DNA of 63,974 nucleotides, filler included, from Candidatus Methanoxibalbensis ujae (GTDB taxonomy: Archaea; Halobacteriota; Syntropharchaeia; Alkanophagales; Methanospirareceae): NCBI GenBank assembly GCA_026134085.1. It is 10 parts of 10 records of this genome, joined end to end, with 100 filler letters (N's around TTAATTAATTAA, not from the genome) between each part and the next. Parts side by side here need not be neighbours in the genome. Positions count along the whole stretch, not along the records: positions 7,813 to 14,744 come from JAOQIN010000062.1; positions 14,845 to 21,713 come from JAOQIN010000063.1; 8 more parts are not named here. One strand, written 5' to 3'. The translations under genes and the position numbers were made by a program. The notes beneath the pieces were generated by a model that saw nothing but the letters and a program-made list of their open reading frames with translations, made no database searches and was not told the origin of the DNA. This document shows, in pieces, positions 10,901 to 19,366 of this stretch. Numbering within the stretch: position 1 is the first letter of the stretch; each line of letters starts with the position of its first letter.

Positions 10901-11454
10901 CTCCTAAGATTTGTTTGTTTTTTATCGCTCCATTCAATAAGTCTTTCTATTAATATTCCCATTATGACCACAAAAATAATGGTTAAAACGAGTCTTGCTG
11001 CCATAAATCTGGGCCCAAGAAATTGAAGCTCCACCATCTCCTGTGGAATTTTTATGCATGCCCATGCGGAGAGGAAGGCAATGATACATGATATTTTAGC
11101 TCCTTTTTTAAGTAAAGCAGAAGCCATAGGAAAAGCCACATAAAGAGGGCCTGTTGGCAATGACCCCATCAATATGCCAAGAAAAACAGCCTTTATTCCA
11201 GCAGCTTTGCCCAAATATTTCACAACCATTTCTTTCGGTACAAACACACTGAAAAGACCCATCAATATCATCACGGCAGGAAGTATCAAAATCATTTCAA
11301 TAAAGAAGTCCCATGATGTTGTGATTACTGCCTCCTGTCTGTCAGGAAAAATTGATAGTAAGATTATCGCAATAATTAAAGTGATTCCAGGAATGATAGC
11401 ATCTCTTTTCATCCCCTTTCGTTGTGTTTCTTTTTCTTTAATATGATCTTTCAC
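10897..11454 (-). CDS. permease, DUF318/ArsP-like, small two-gene type
   Basis: Multiple TM segments; GSLPTGPLYVAFPMASALLKKGA and ELQFLG motifs. Confidence 0.8.
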   Translation of the reverse strand: MKDHIKEKETQRKGMKRDAIIPGITLIIAIILLSIFPDRQEAVITTSWDFFIEMILILPAVMILMGLFSVFVPKEMVVKYLGKAAGIKAVFLGILMGSLPTGPLYVAFPMASALLKKGAKISCIIAFLSAWACIKIPQEMVELQFLGPRFMAARLVLTIIFVVIMGILIERLIEWSDKKQTNLRR

Positions 11455-11930
11455 AGAATCACCCCCATGACGATACCGATAATGATTGCGATAACAAAAC
11501 TTATCCCATTTCTCAGTAAAGCCATTTTCTTTCCCAATTCTTTTATTTCCAAGGGCAGTGTAACCACGCCAATCATGGTTAAAGTGGTAATGAACACTGC
11601 AACTGAGGTAACTGATGCTCCGCTTTTGAGGAGAGATGCTGCTAATGGGAAGGAAATTAAAGAGGGTATGTGCAAAAACGCTCCCAACAATGCCACAATA
11701 AGTACTCCTCTAAAACCTGCTTGTTCACCAACGACTTCGGAAATTTGACTTTGTGGTACGAAACCCAAAAGCAGACCTATGAAGATTATGATAATGAGAA
11801 CAGTGGGGAGAATATGGAAGAATGACTTTAATGCCACAGTTAGTGCCTGTTTTGTTTTTGTCCGATCCTTAATAAACGCAAATATCAAACAGCCAAAAGC
11901 AAAAATATTTAATATGGCAGTTGTATTCAT
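11451..11930 (-). CDS. permease, DUF318/ArsP-like, partner subunit
   Basis: Multiple TM segments; IPSLISFPLAASLLKSGAS and TLPLEIKELG; start moved to MNTT after a GGAG RBS. Confidence 0.8.
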   Translation of the reverse strand: MNTTAILNIFAFGCLIFAFIKDRTKTKQALTVALKSFFHILPTVLIIIIFIGLLLGFVPQSQISEVVGEQAGFRGVLIVALLGAFLHIPSLISFPLAASLLKSGASVTSVAVFITTLTMIGVVTLPLEIKELGKKMALLRNGISFVIAIIIGIVMGVIL

Positions 11931-11988
11931 GGTATATTCCTCCCCACATTTGAACTTAAAATTTGAACTTAAACTTAAAAGCAATGTC

Positions 11989-12063
11989 GCCTAACGTCCT
12001 GCGGGTATGCGAAGCCTATAAGGATTTGGGCGAGCGGAGCGAGCCGTATAGCCGCTGTTAGGC
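11989..12063 (-). mobile_element. attC-like site D (best conserved)
   Basis: Minus strand GCCTAAC-agcgg-ctatacgg...cgcatacccgcaggac-GTTAGGC, 75 bp; perfect RYYYAAC/GTTRRRY pair. Confidence 0.85.
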
Positions 12064-12075
12064 CAAGCATCTTTA

Positions 12076-12414
12076 TCATAATAATCTTGTTGATTCTGTT
12101 GGTCTTGGAACTTTAATGACGAGGAAGCGCAGAATGTCATTACTTTCGTTATACCAACAATGAGGTGTCTTTGCAGGACTATCAATGAGAGTATCTGGTC
12201 CAACTTCCTGTTTTTCATCGCCAATCTCAACAGTTCCATTTCCTTCCAAAACATAAAAGATTACATCAACTGGGGTCAGATGTTTTTTCAATTTTCCCCC
12301 TGATTTCAAGATCATATGGACAACTTGGGCATGTTCGGTGTCATAGAGTTTTCTTGCGTCAACCCCGTGTGTATTTTGTGTGATTTCAACATCGTTCCAT
12401 TTCACCATTTTCAT
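12076..12414 (-). CDS. cupin domain protein
   Basis: MKMVKWND start after GGAGGTGA RBS; LKKHLTPVDVIFYVLEGNG...SPAKTPHCWYN cupin motifs. Confidence 0.85.
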   Translation of the reverse strand: MKMVKWNDVEITQNTHGVDARKLYDTEHAQVVHMILKSGGKLKKHLTPVDVIFYVLEGNGTVEIGDEKQEVGPDTLIDSPAKTPHCWYNESNDILRFLVIKVPRPTESTRLL

Positions 12415-12434
12415 ACTATCACCTCCCTCAAATT

Positions 12435-12518
12435 GTTTCGACGTTAGGGGGATGTGTGAAGTTTGCCGAAGGCAAATTTGGGCGAGCGTAAGCGTAGCCA
12501 CATATCCTCCTGTTAAGT
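12435..12518 (-). mobile_element. attC-like site E
   Basis: Minus strand ACTTAAC-aggag-gatatgtggctacgct...cttcacacatccccctaac-GTCGAAA; interior closely resembles site A; R' box degenerate. Confidence 0.7.
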
Positions 12519-12593
12519 GACCCGAAGGGAAAGGTGCGAAGCAACGCAGAGTGCCCGCCGTCGCCAAATATTTTGTTCATTTTTATCTCACCG

Positions 12594-13643
12594 TTATACA
12601 ATAAATGAATCATTAATTTTAATTCTAAATTTGTTATACTTTGCTTCTTCTTTTAATAAGTTAAACAATCTATGTTTTGATTTACTAAGTAAATTTTCAT
12701 TGAATTTGCTGTTTGTTGTTAATTTTAAAACGGGCATAGGGTTATACTCTTGTCCATCCACCTTAACATTTTCAGGATTTGTAAAGAGTATCATCTTTAT
12801 TAAACCATCTTTTATATCACCTTCAGAAGGTAAGTTTCCAGTAACTGTATGTTTTCCCTCAATAAGATATATATCCTTCCCATGAATCTCTACTTCATCA
12901 CAAGTAAAATAATAATAACCACCTAAATAGTTCTTTATAGTAATCATACCTTTGATGCCTGTTAAATGCTCTTTGGGCTGGACTGCTACACTTTCCCTTT
13001 CCTGTGCTTTGCGAGCAAGCTAGATAATTCCATAAATTTTCTCTTTACCTTTATGTAATTCTCTTATTCGTCTTTCTGCAGATTCCATAGAATGCATTTC
13101 CACCCCTAATTCTTTTGATATCTTTTTATAAGCATTCAAAGCCATATCCGCTATATGTTTCATCTATTTGTTCCAAATTCCAATGTAATGCATCGGACTG
13201 ATAAGAAAGCAATCTTTGAATTTCTTCTTTTATGTATTCTGTATCAAATCTTTGGTTTGTAATTTTGTTTTTATACCCGGGGTTCCTATCTGCTTGTATA
13301 TAATAACCTACAATAACATACACCCCCAATAAACTCATTAATGATATTGTATCCCATTGAAGAAAATCTCTATCTCCATCTTTTCCTTCATCTTTTATTA
13401 TTGGGATTATTGTAACTTTTTTCCCACTAAATCCTAAAGTATCATAGACTCTCGCGTACGGATAGGATCTTGTTCTTTTGGGAGATACCCCCCAGCTCAC
13501 GGCAAATTCATTATCCTTATTGACTCTTAATATAAAACCAGCTTTTTCTGACAATACTCTATCTATTCGAGTGTAAAGCGTGTTAGAGGTTTGTGTAAAA
13601 ACAGTTTGTATTTTATACCTTTTATTTCTCCATAGATTTCCAT
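12594..13643 (-). pseudogene. frameshifted putative type II restriction endonuclease (PD-(D/E)xK)
   Basis: Starts MEIYGEIKG just downstream of the methyltransferase; broken into 13126-13554 and 12594-12947; TCDEVEIHGKDIYLIEGKH fits D...ExK. Confidence 0.65.
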
Positions 13644-13645
13644 TT

Positions 13646-14542
13646 TCATCTCCTCTTTTTATTATTTTTTGCTACTTTCTCCTGAAGTTGAGTCCTTAGA
13701 TGTTTGACATCATCTCTAATAATTATCTCAAATTCTGGGCTATCTCCAATTAAAACGGGTTGTCCGATTTTTAGTTTCTTTTTTACAACGTCTAAGAGTT
13801 CAAGATCTATTTCATAGCCGACTGCTATCCTTCCCAATTCAAGAGCTACTTTTAATGTAGTTCCTGAACCCATAAAAGGGTCTAAAACAGTTTCTCCTTT
13901 GTATGAGAATAATTTTATCAATCTATATGGTATTTCTTCTGGAAATGCAGCTATTCCCTCCTCTAATCTGTTGTTAATAGGCAAAACATTTGTAATTTGC
14001 CATACATTGAGATACCACTTTTCTTTTTGATATTCTTCAATGTCAATTTTTGATCTTTCTTTTAGTTCCTTTGGAATGTTTTTATAGTCAAATTCACCGT
14101 TCTGGAATATTAAAATAGATTCTTGTAGATTGTCCGGGTAATAATACATCGGGTAGGGATGTTGTAGTAAAACACCGCTTCTTCTGCTTATTCTGATATA
14201 TCCTTCCGGTTTAACCCAAAAAATTCTTTCCCTATATTTAAATCCTTCTTCAATAAATATTTTAGTAATATCTGCGACAACAGGGTATTTCTTTCCTTTA
14301 ATTAAAGTATCATCAACAACAAAAGCTGCTATCCGTCCATTATCTAATACACGCTTCAACTCCTTTGCTACATTTCTTATTAGATTTAAGAACTCATCGT
14401 AATTTTTAAACAAATCTGGATAATCAAAAGGAGCATTAAAATATGGTGGGGAAGTTACAACTAAATGAACGCTATTATTTTCCAGTTCTTTCATATTTTG
14501 GGCATCACCAAATACTATCATGTTTTTTCTCATGGTTATCAA
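13646..14542 (-). CDS. site-specific DNA methyltransferase (N4-C/N6-A, beta class)
   Basis: TSPPY catalytic motif IV precedes DPFMGSGTT SAM-binding motif I. Confidence 0.93.
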   Translation of the reverse strand: MITMRKNMIVFGDAQNMKELENNSVHLVVTSPPYFNAPFDYPDLFKNYDEFLNLIRNVAKELKRVLDNGRIAAFVVDDTLIKGKKYPVVADITKIFIEEGFKYRERIFWVKPEGYIRISRRSGVLLQHPYPMYYYPDNLQESILIFQNGEFDYKNIPKELKERSKIDIEEYQKEKWYLNVWQITNVLPINNRLEEGIAAFPEEIPYRLIKLFSYKGETVLDPFMGSGTTLKVALELGRIAVGYEIDLELLDVVKKKLKIGQPVLIGDSPEFEIIIRDDVKHLRTQLQEKVAKNNKKRR

Positions 14543-14597
14543 TTCTTAAATGAATACGTAGTTTAAATTTTCCTTCCAAGGCGACGGCGGGCATTTC

Positions 14598-14665
14598 ACT
14601 TAACTGTTTGCGGGTATGCGAAGCCCTAAAGGGTTCTGGTGAGCGAGGCGAACAGCACATCCGTA
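14598..14665 (-). mobile_element. attC-like site F (one arm truncated, array boundary)
   Basis: Minus strand ...cttcgcatacccgcaaaca-GTTAAGT intact; RYYYAAC box not found. Confidence 0.6.
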
Positions 14666-14844
14666 CGCCGTTTCCATGAGCTCCATTAGCATCCATGAGC
14701 TCCATTAGCATCTCAGGAGAAGCATTTGGTATGAGCTTTCTCGTNNNNNNNNNNNNNNNNNNNNNNNNNNNNNNNNNNNNNNNNNNNNTTAATTAATTAA
14801 NNNNNNNNNNNNNNNNNNNNNNNNNNNNNNNNNNNNNNNNNNNN

Positions 14845-15048
14845 GATTTGTCGCCGTGAAGAGGGAAAACATAACAGCGATGAGGAAGCAGAATACCACG
14901 GATTTCTCTCCAGACTGAGAAGGAAACACCGAGTGATAACTTCTGATTGAAGTTTATAAGGGCTGTGAGTGAGAGATGCCTGGCTGTTAAGATCATCCTC
15001 AGCTTGCTGGCTTTCTTTACCAGCTACCATGGTGATGGAAACTATGGT
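14845..15048 (+). mobile_element. IS982-family relic, transposase 3' end and terminus
   Basis: Inverted near-copy of 21936-22135; decayed RAVSxRCLAVKIIL C-terminus; ends GGTGATGGAAACTATGGT. Confidence 0.6.
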
Positions 15049-15150
15049 TATGCATAATAAACTCCACGAGTTACATATTTAAAGCTAAATCTGAGCCTTT
15101 CAATCCATCTCTCTTTCATCTCATCTGTTTCCCACAATATCATCTCACAG

Positions 15151-16392
15151 TTATCTCACAGTTCCTGCTCCGATGAGGTGCCATCTCGCGCCCACCTTTC
15201 GGCTTATTGCCACTATATCCCCTGTTTCAGCGCATACTGGTCTGCTCAGGCGGGTTTCAACGATGTTTCTGGATGCGTGTTCAACGAATCCGAGCGTGGT
15301 TGCGGTGCCGACACTGAGCATGAGCATTTCACCTGTTTTTATTGATTCAACATTCACACGCTCTGAAACGCCCACGACACGCTCCAACAGTTGAGTTTCA
15401 AACTGAAGATTGTGAAGTGTAGGAGGCAGTGTGTCAGGTTTTCCGACGAGCTGACCGATGAGCGCATCGCTTTTCGTGAGGCTTGGATCAAGCATTGTCC
15501 CTATGCCCACAAGTCCTCCGGGAGTGGCCTCGCTCACATGCCTCCCGCCAGCCATTATTGAGGATATTGTTGTGAAAAGAGGAGCCCATTCACCAGCTCT
15601 CTTCACACTTTTTTTCACTAAAATTCCGGGTCTTATCTCAATCTCGTCACCCTCTCTGAATTTTCCCTGAATGACCGAGCCTCCAATAACGCCGCCTTTC
15701 AGATTTTTTATCTGTGTTCCGGGCTTGTTCACATCAAATGAGCGTGCAACATACATGCGAGGTGGCTTGCTGAGATCACGCTCAGGCGTTGGAATTGTTT
15801 CCTCAATTGCCTGAATCAGTGCATCTATGTTCACACAGCGCTGTGCCGATATGGGTATGATCGGTGCATTCTCGGCGATGGTTCCTCGCACGAAATCGCA
15901 TATCTCATTGTAATTAGCGAGAGCCTGCTCCTTCGTCACCAGATCTATTTTGTTCTGCGCGATCACGATGTTCTTTATGCCTCTCATCTGCAGTGCGATC
16001 AGGTGTTCTTCCGTCTGAGGTTGTGGACACGGCTCAGAAGCTGCAATTAGAAGGACAGCACCATCCATTATCGCAGCACCACTCAGCATGACTGCCATGA
16101 GCGTCTCATGTCCCGGCGAATCAACAAACGAAACTGTGCGAAGCTCCTCCGTAAGCGAGCCGCAATGCACACACTTCTCATATACCGTGAAGCACTCGGG
16201 CTCAGCACATGAAGGGCATCTGCGAAAAGTCGCATCCGCATAACCCAATCTGATGGAGATACCTCGCTTTATCTCCTCGCTGTGCCTGTCTGTCCATACA
16301 CCCGCAAGCGCTTTTACAAGCGTCGTCTTTCCATGATCAACATGACCAACCATACCTATATTCAATGAAGGAATGCCTGTTGTTTGCATCAC
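15151..16392 (-). CDS. eif2g: translation initiation factor 2 subunit gamma (aIF2-gamma)
   Basis: [20 protein letters not shown], zinc knuckle, DSPGHE, QNKID. Confidence 0.97.
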   Translation of the reverse strand: MMQTTGIPSLNIGMVGHVDHGKTTLVKALAGVWTDRHSEEIKRGISIRLGYADATFRRCPSCAEPECFTVYEKCVHCGSLTEELRTVSFVDSPGHETLMAVMLSGAAIMDGAVLLIAASEPCPQPQTEEHLIALQMRGIKNIVIAQNKIDLVTKEQALANYNEICDFVRGTIAENAPIIPISAQRCVNIDALIQAIEETIPTPERDLSKPPRMYVARSFDVNKPGTQIKNLKGGVIGGSVIQGKFREGDEIEIRPGILVKKSVKRAGEWAPLFTTISSIMAGGRHVSEATPGGLVGIGTMLDPSLTKSDALIGQLVGKPDTLPPTLHNLQFETQLLERVVGVSERVNVESIKTGEMLMLSVGTATTLGFVEHASRNIVETRLSRPVCAETGDIVAISRKVGARWHLIGAGTVR

Positions 16393-16589
16393 ATCCCCCC
16401 TTCCTCTATTTTATATTTTGTTCTCTCACATCCGCCAAACATATGGGTCTTAATATACTTGACACCTTACTGGAGGTGTCAGCTTCCCTGCCCTTAAAGG
16501 AATGCTTCTTCTTCATCAATGTTCCAGCATCTCCTCACCCAGACCGCTTTCCGATCATATTTTAGAAATGGACAGATGGATGATAATAA

Positions 16590-17942
16590 ATGCGCATAAC
16601 AGAATACAGGAGGGCTTTTGACATCATTTTGAATTTCGCTGAGAGGTTCAAAGTGCGCAGGAAGGAGCGTGTGAGACTGGATGAATCGCTTGGCAGGATT
16701 GTGGCGGAGGACATTCATGCGCCGATTGACATACCGCCGTTTGACAGGGCGACGATGGACGGATACGCTGTGGTTGCTGCGGACACATTTTATGCGGATG
16801 AGGATTCTCCTGCTGAGCTTTCACTTCTGGGTGAGGTGCGTGCGGGAGAGTTTCCTGATGTGCGTGTGGAGAGAGGCACCTGTGTTGCTATATCAACTGG
16901 AGCGCCGATTCCTGAAGGCGCTGATTCTGTTGTAAAGGTGGAGAATGCGGAGGATTTATGTGAAAAAGTAAGAATCTTCAAGTCAGTTGCGCCCAGCGAG
17001 AATGTGCAGCGTGCGGGCTCTGACATCAGAAAAGGAGAACTCATAATATCAGAGGGGACATTGCTCACACCATGCAGGACAGGCGTCCTTGCTGCATGCG
17101 GAATAAATGAAGTCGTTGTGAGGGGAAAGCCGAGAGTCGCAATCATATCAACAGGCGATGAGCTTGTGGACCCGCTCAATATGGGTGACGGGAAAAACGA
17201 CGGGCAGAAGGATGCTCCTCTGCCGAAGGGCAAGATATACGATGTGAACATGCGCACATTGTCCGATGCAGTGAGTGTGTGCGGATGCGTTCCGCTCCCT
17301 CTTGGAATCGCATGCGACGACGCGGACGATGTGCTAGGGAAAATGGAGGAAGCAGTGCGCAAGGCGGATATTATCATAATCTCAGGCAGCACATCAGCAG
17401 GAAAAACCGACATCGTCCCGACAATAATATATGAACACGGTGAGCTTGTTCTGCATGGTGTTGACATAAAACCGGGGAAGCCTCTCGCATTTGGCATATT
17501 TCGCGGAAAGCCTATATTTGCACTTCCCGGAAATCCCACCTCCGCACTTCTTTCATTCAGCCTTTTCGTGGCGCCTCTGCTTTACAAGTGCAGCACCGCC
17601 GCATATCCTACGCAAATCAAACCAGCCATCAAGAGCACTGCATCCACTGCAGCCGCCTTCTCCACAGCGGAGGAGGGAATATTGAAAAACAGAACGGTAA
17701 AAGCAAGAACAACAATGCGAATAATATCTGAAAAGGGAAGGAACGAGTTCATATTCGTGCGATTGTCAGTGGAAGGAGATATGATGCTCGCAACACCCGT
17801 ATTGAAGGGTTCAGGTGCGATCACAACACTGGCAGATGCCGATGGCTACATTTTCGTTGAGAAAGGTCGTGAGATAATAGAGGAGGGAGAGCAGGTTGAG
17901 GTCTTTCTTCAGCCCGCACTCACTGATGAAGTCAGACGATGA
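16590..17942 (+). CDS. moeA: molybdopterin molybdenum/tungsten transferase MoeA
   Basis: PPFDRATMDGYAV, ISTGAPIP, STGDEL, IKPGKP, LPGNPTS. Confidence 0.95.
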   Translation: MRITEYRRAFDIILNFAERFKVRRKERVRLDESLGRIVAEDIHAPIDIPPFDRATMDGYAVVAADTFYADEDSPAELSLLGEVRAGEFPDVRVERGTCVAISTGAPIPEGADSVVKVENAEDLCEKVRIFKSVAPSENVQRAGSDIRKGELIISEGTLLTPCRTGVLAACGINEVVVRGKPRVAIISTGDELVDPLNMGDGKNDGQKDAPLPKGKIYDVNMRTLSDAVSVCGCVPLPLGIACDDADDVLGKMEEAVRKADIIIISGSTSAGKTDIVPTIIYEHGELVLHGVDIKPGKPLAFGIFRGKPIFALPGNPTSALLSFSLFVAPLLYKCSTAAYPTQIKPAIKSTASTAAAFSTAEEGILKNRTVKARTTMRIISEKGRNEFIFVRLSVEGDMMLATPVLKGSGAITTLADADGYIFVEKGREIIEEGEQVEVFLQPALTDEVRR

Positions 17943-18036
17943 TGAAGTCAGACGATATGCTGCGGACGATATGCACAGTGACAGGGGAGCAGAAAAAAAT
18001 GCCATCACCTTATTTATGAGGGGTTGAGAAGTTGTT

Positions 18037-19293
18037 GTGATGGAGAGGAGAGGTCTTCAATATTTCACGCTGTCCGAGATAGAGCCTCGCATATGGTTCA
18101 TGCTGACAGGCTGTAATTTCAGGTGTCGTGGATGTTTCAGACCGGCGAGAGACGGGGGAGGCGTTCTTCTGACAGCTGAGGAGACCGTTGAGCGTGCGGA
18201 GCGTGCGTGCATGAAGTGCTACGGATTCCTTCCGGATAAAGCCATGATAACGGGAGGAGAACCAACGATAAGCAGGGAATATCTCCTATCACTCGTTTCC
18301 GGTTTGAGGGAGCGCGGATTTCGCGAGATTGTGTTGATGACGAACGGATATGCGATAGGCGCTCATGATGGATATGCGGATGATCTGAAAAATGCAGGTG
18401 TGACAGAGATTCACCTTGACATAAAAGCGTTTTCTGAGGAAATTCATCGCTGGTATACAGGAAAATCCAGCAGATATGTGCTTGAAGCAGCGAAAAAAAT
18501 ACACGAGGCGGGCATTGATCTTCTCATACAGACAATATACATACCAAATATAGTCGGTGAGGATGAGATAGAGAAAATCGCAGCGTTTATAGCATCAATA
18601 GATGACAACATAAAATATCGCATCAATCCGTTTGCGCCGACATTTGCATATGAGCGAGTCTCAAGAATACCGACCATAGAGGAGATGGAGCGTGCGTATG
18701 AGGTTGCGAGGAAGTATCTGAAGAATGTGATAATAAGCAGGAGCTGTTATCGTGAGTATCCAACGCCGCCGCCGCAGCGGACATGGTTCACGGTGTATCC
18801 CGACCTGTCTGTGAAGAGGAGGAGCATGCGTGATCAGAACGAGGAGAGGATGAGATGGCTGCGCCGACCTGTGGAGAAGGTGATTGAGGACTTCAATCGG
18901 GAGGTTGGATGGGATTACGCGCTGCGAGAGCGCATACTCGCATCTGAGTCGTCTGCTGCCACTGCAGAGAGCACGGATGCTGCTGAGAGCGAAGCTGCCA
19001 CTGCAACAGTTCGTGTGAGGTTTTCATCAGCACTTCTTCATATAACAGAGGAGAGGGAGACAACGCTTAATTTGAACGGCGCTGGAGCGGCGAGAAGCGG
19101 TGACACGCTTTTTGAAGTTTTGAGCATTCTTGCGGAGAAGTATGGAGAACCCTTCAGAAAGCGCGTATTTGACGGCGAGCGTGTGAACGATTTCGTGAAT
19201 ATATCGGTCAACGGCCGTATGGTTGAGGATATGAGGATGCATGTGAAGGGAGGAGACGAGATAATAATAATGTCTGTGATAAGTGGAGGGTAG
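18037..19293 (+). CDS. radical SAM protein (PFL-activase-like) fused to a C-terminal MoaD/SAMP ubiquitin-like domain
   Basis: GCNFRCRGC, ITGGEPT and TNG motifs; Ala/Glu/Ser/Thr linker; beta-grasp domain ending ISVNG...GDEIIIMSVISGG-stop. Confidence 0.85.
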   Translation: MMERRGLQYFTLSEIEPRIWFMLTGCNFRCRGCFRPARDGGGVLLTAEETVERAERACMKCYGFLPDKAMITGGEPTISREYLLSLVSGLRERGFREIVLMTNGYAIGAHDGYADDLKNAGVTEIHLDIKAFSEEIHRWYTGKSSRYVLEAAKKIHEAGIDLLIQTIYIPNIVGEDEIEKIAAFIASIDDNIKYRINPFAPTFAYERVSRIPTIEEMERAYEVARKYLKNVIISRSCYREYPTPPPQRTWFTVYPDLSVKRRSMRDQNEERMRWLRRPVEKVIEDFNREVGWDYALRERILASESSAATAESTDAAESEAATATVRVRFSSALLHITEERETTLNLNGAGAARSGDTLFEVLSILAEKYGEPFRKRVFDGERVNDFVNISVNGRMVEDMRMHVKGGDEIIIMSVISGG

Positions 19294-19366
19294 GCGTTGT
19301 GCCCGCTGTGATTCTGGCCAGGAACTCAGAGAACAACAATGAGGTGGATGGAGAACAACAATAAAG

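Noticed and set aside
12415..12567. N-terminal extension of the cupin ORF, and the ATSPNRGHTATLRFA tail of the protease ORF
   Set aside because: Read-through into attC-like sites; the real cupin start has its own RBS at 12414
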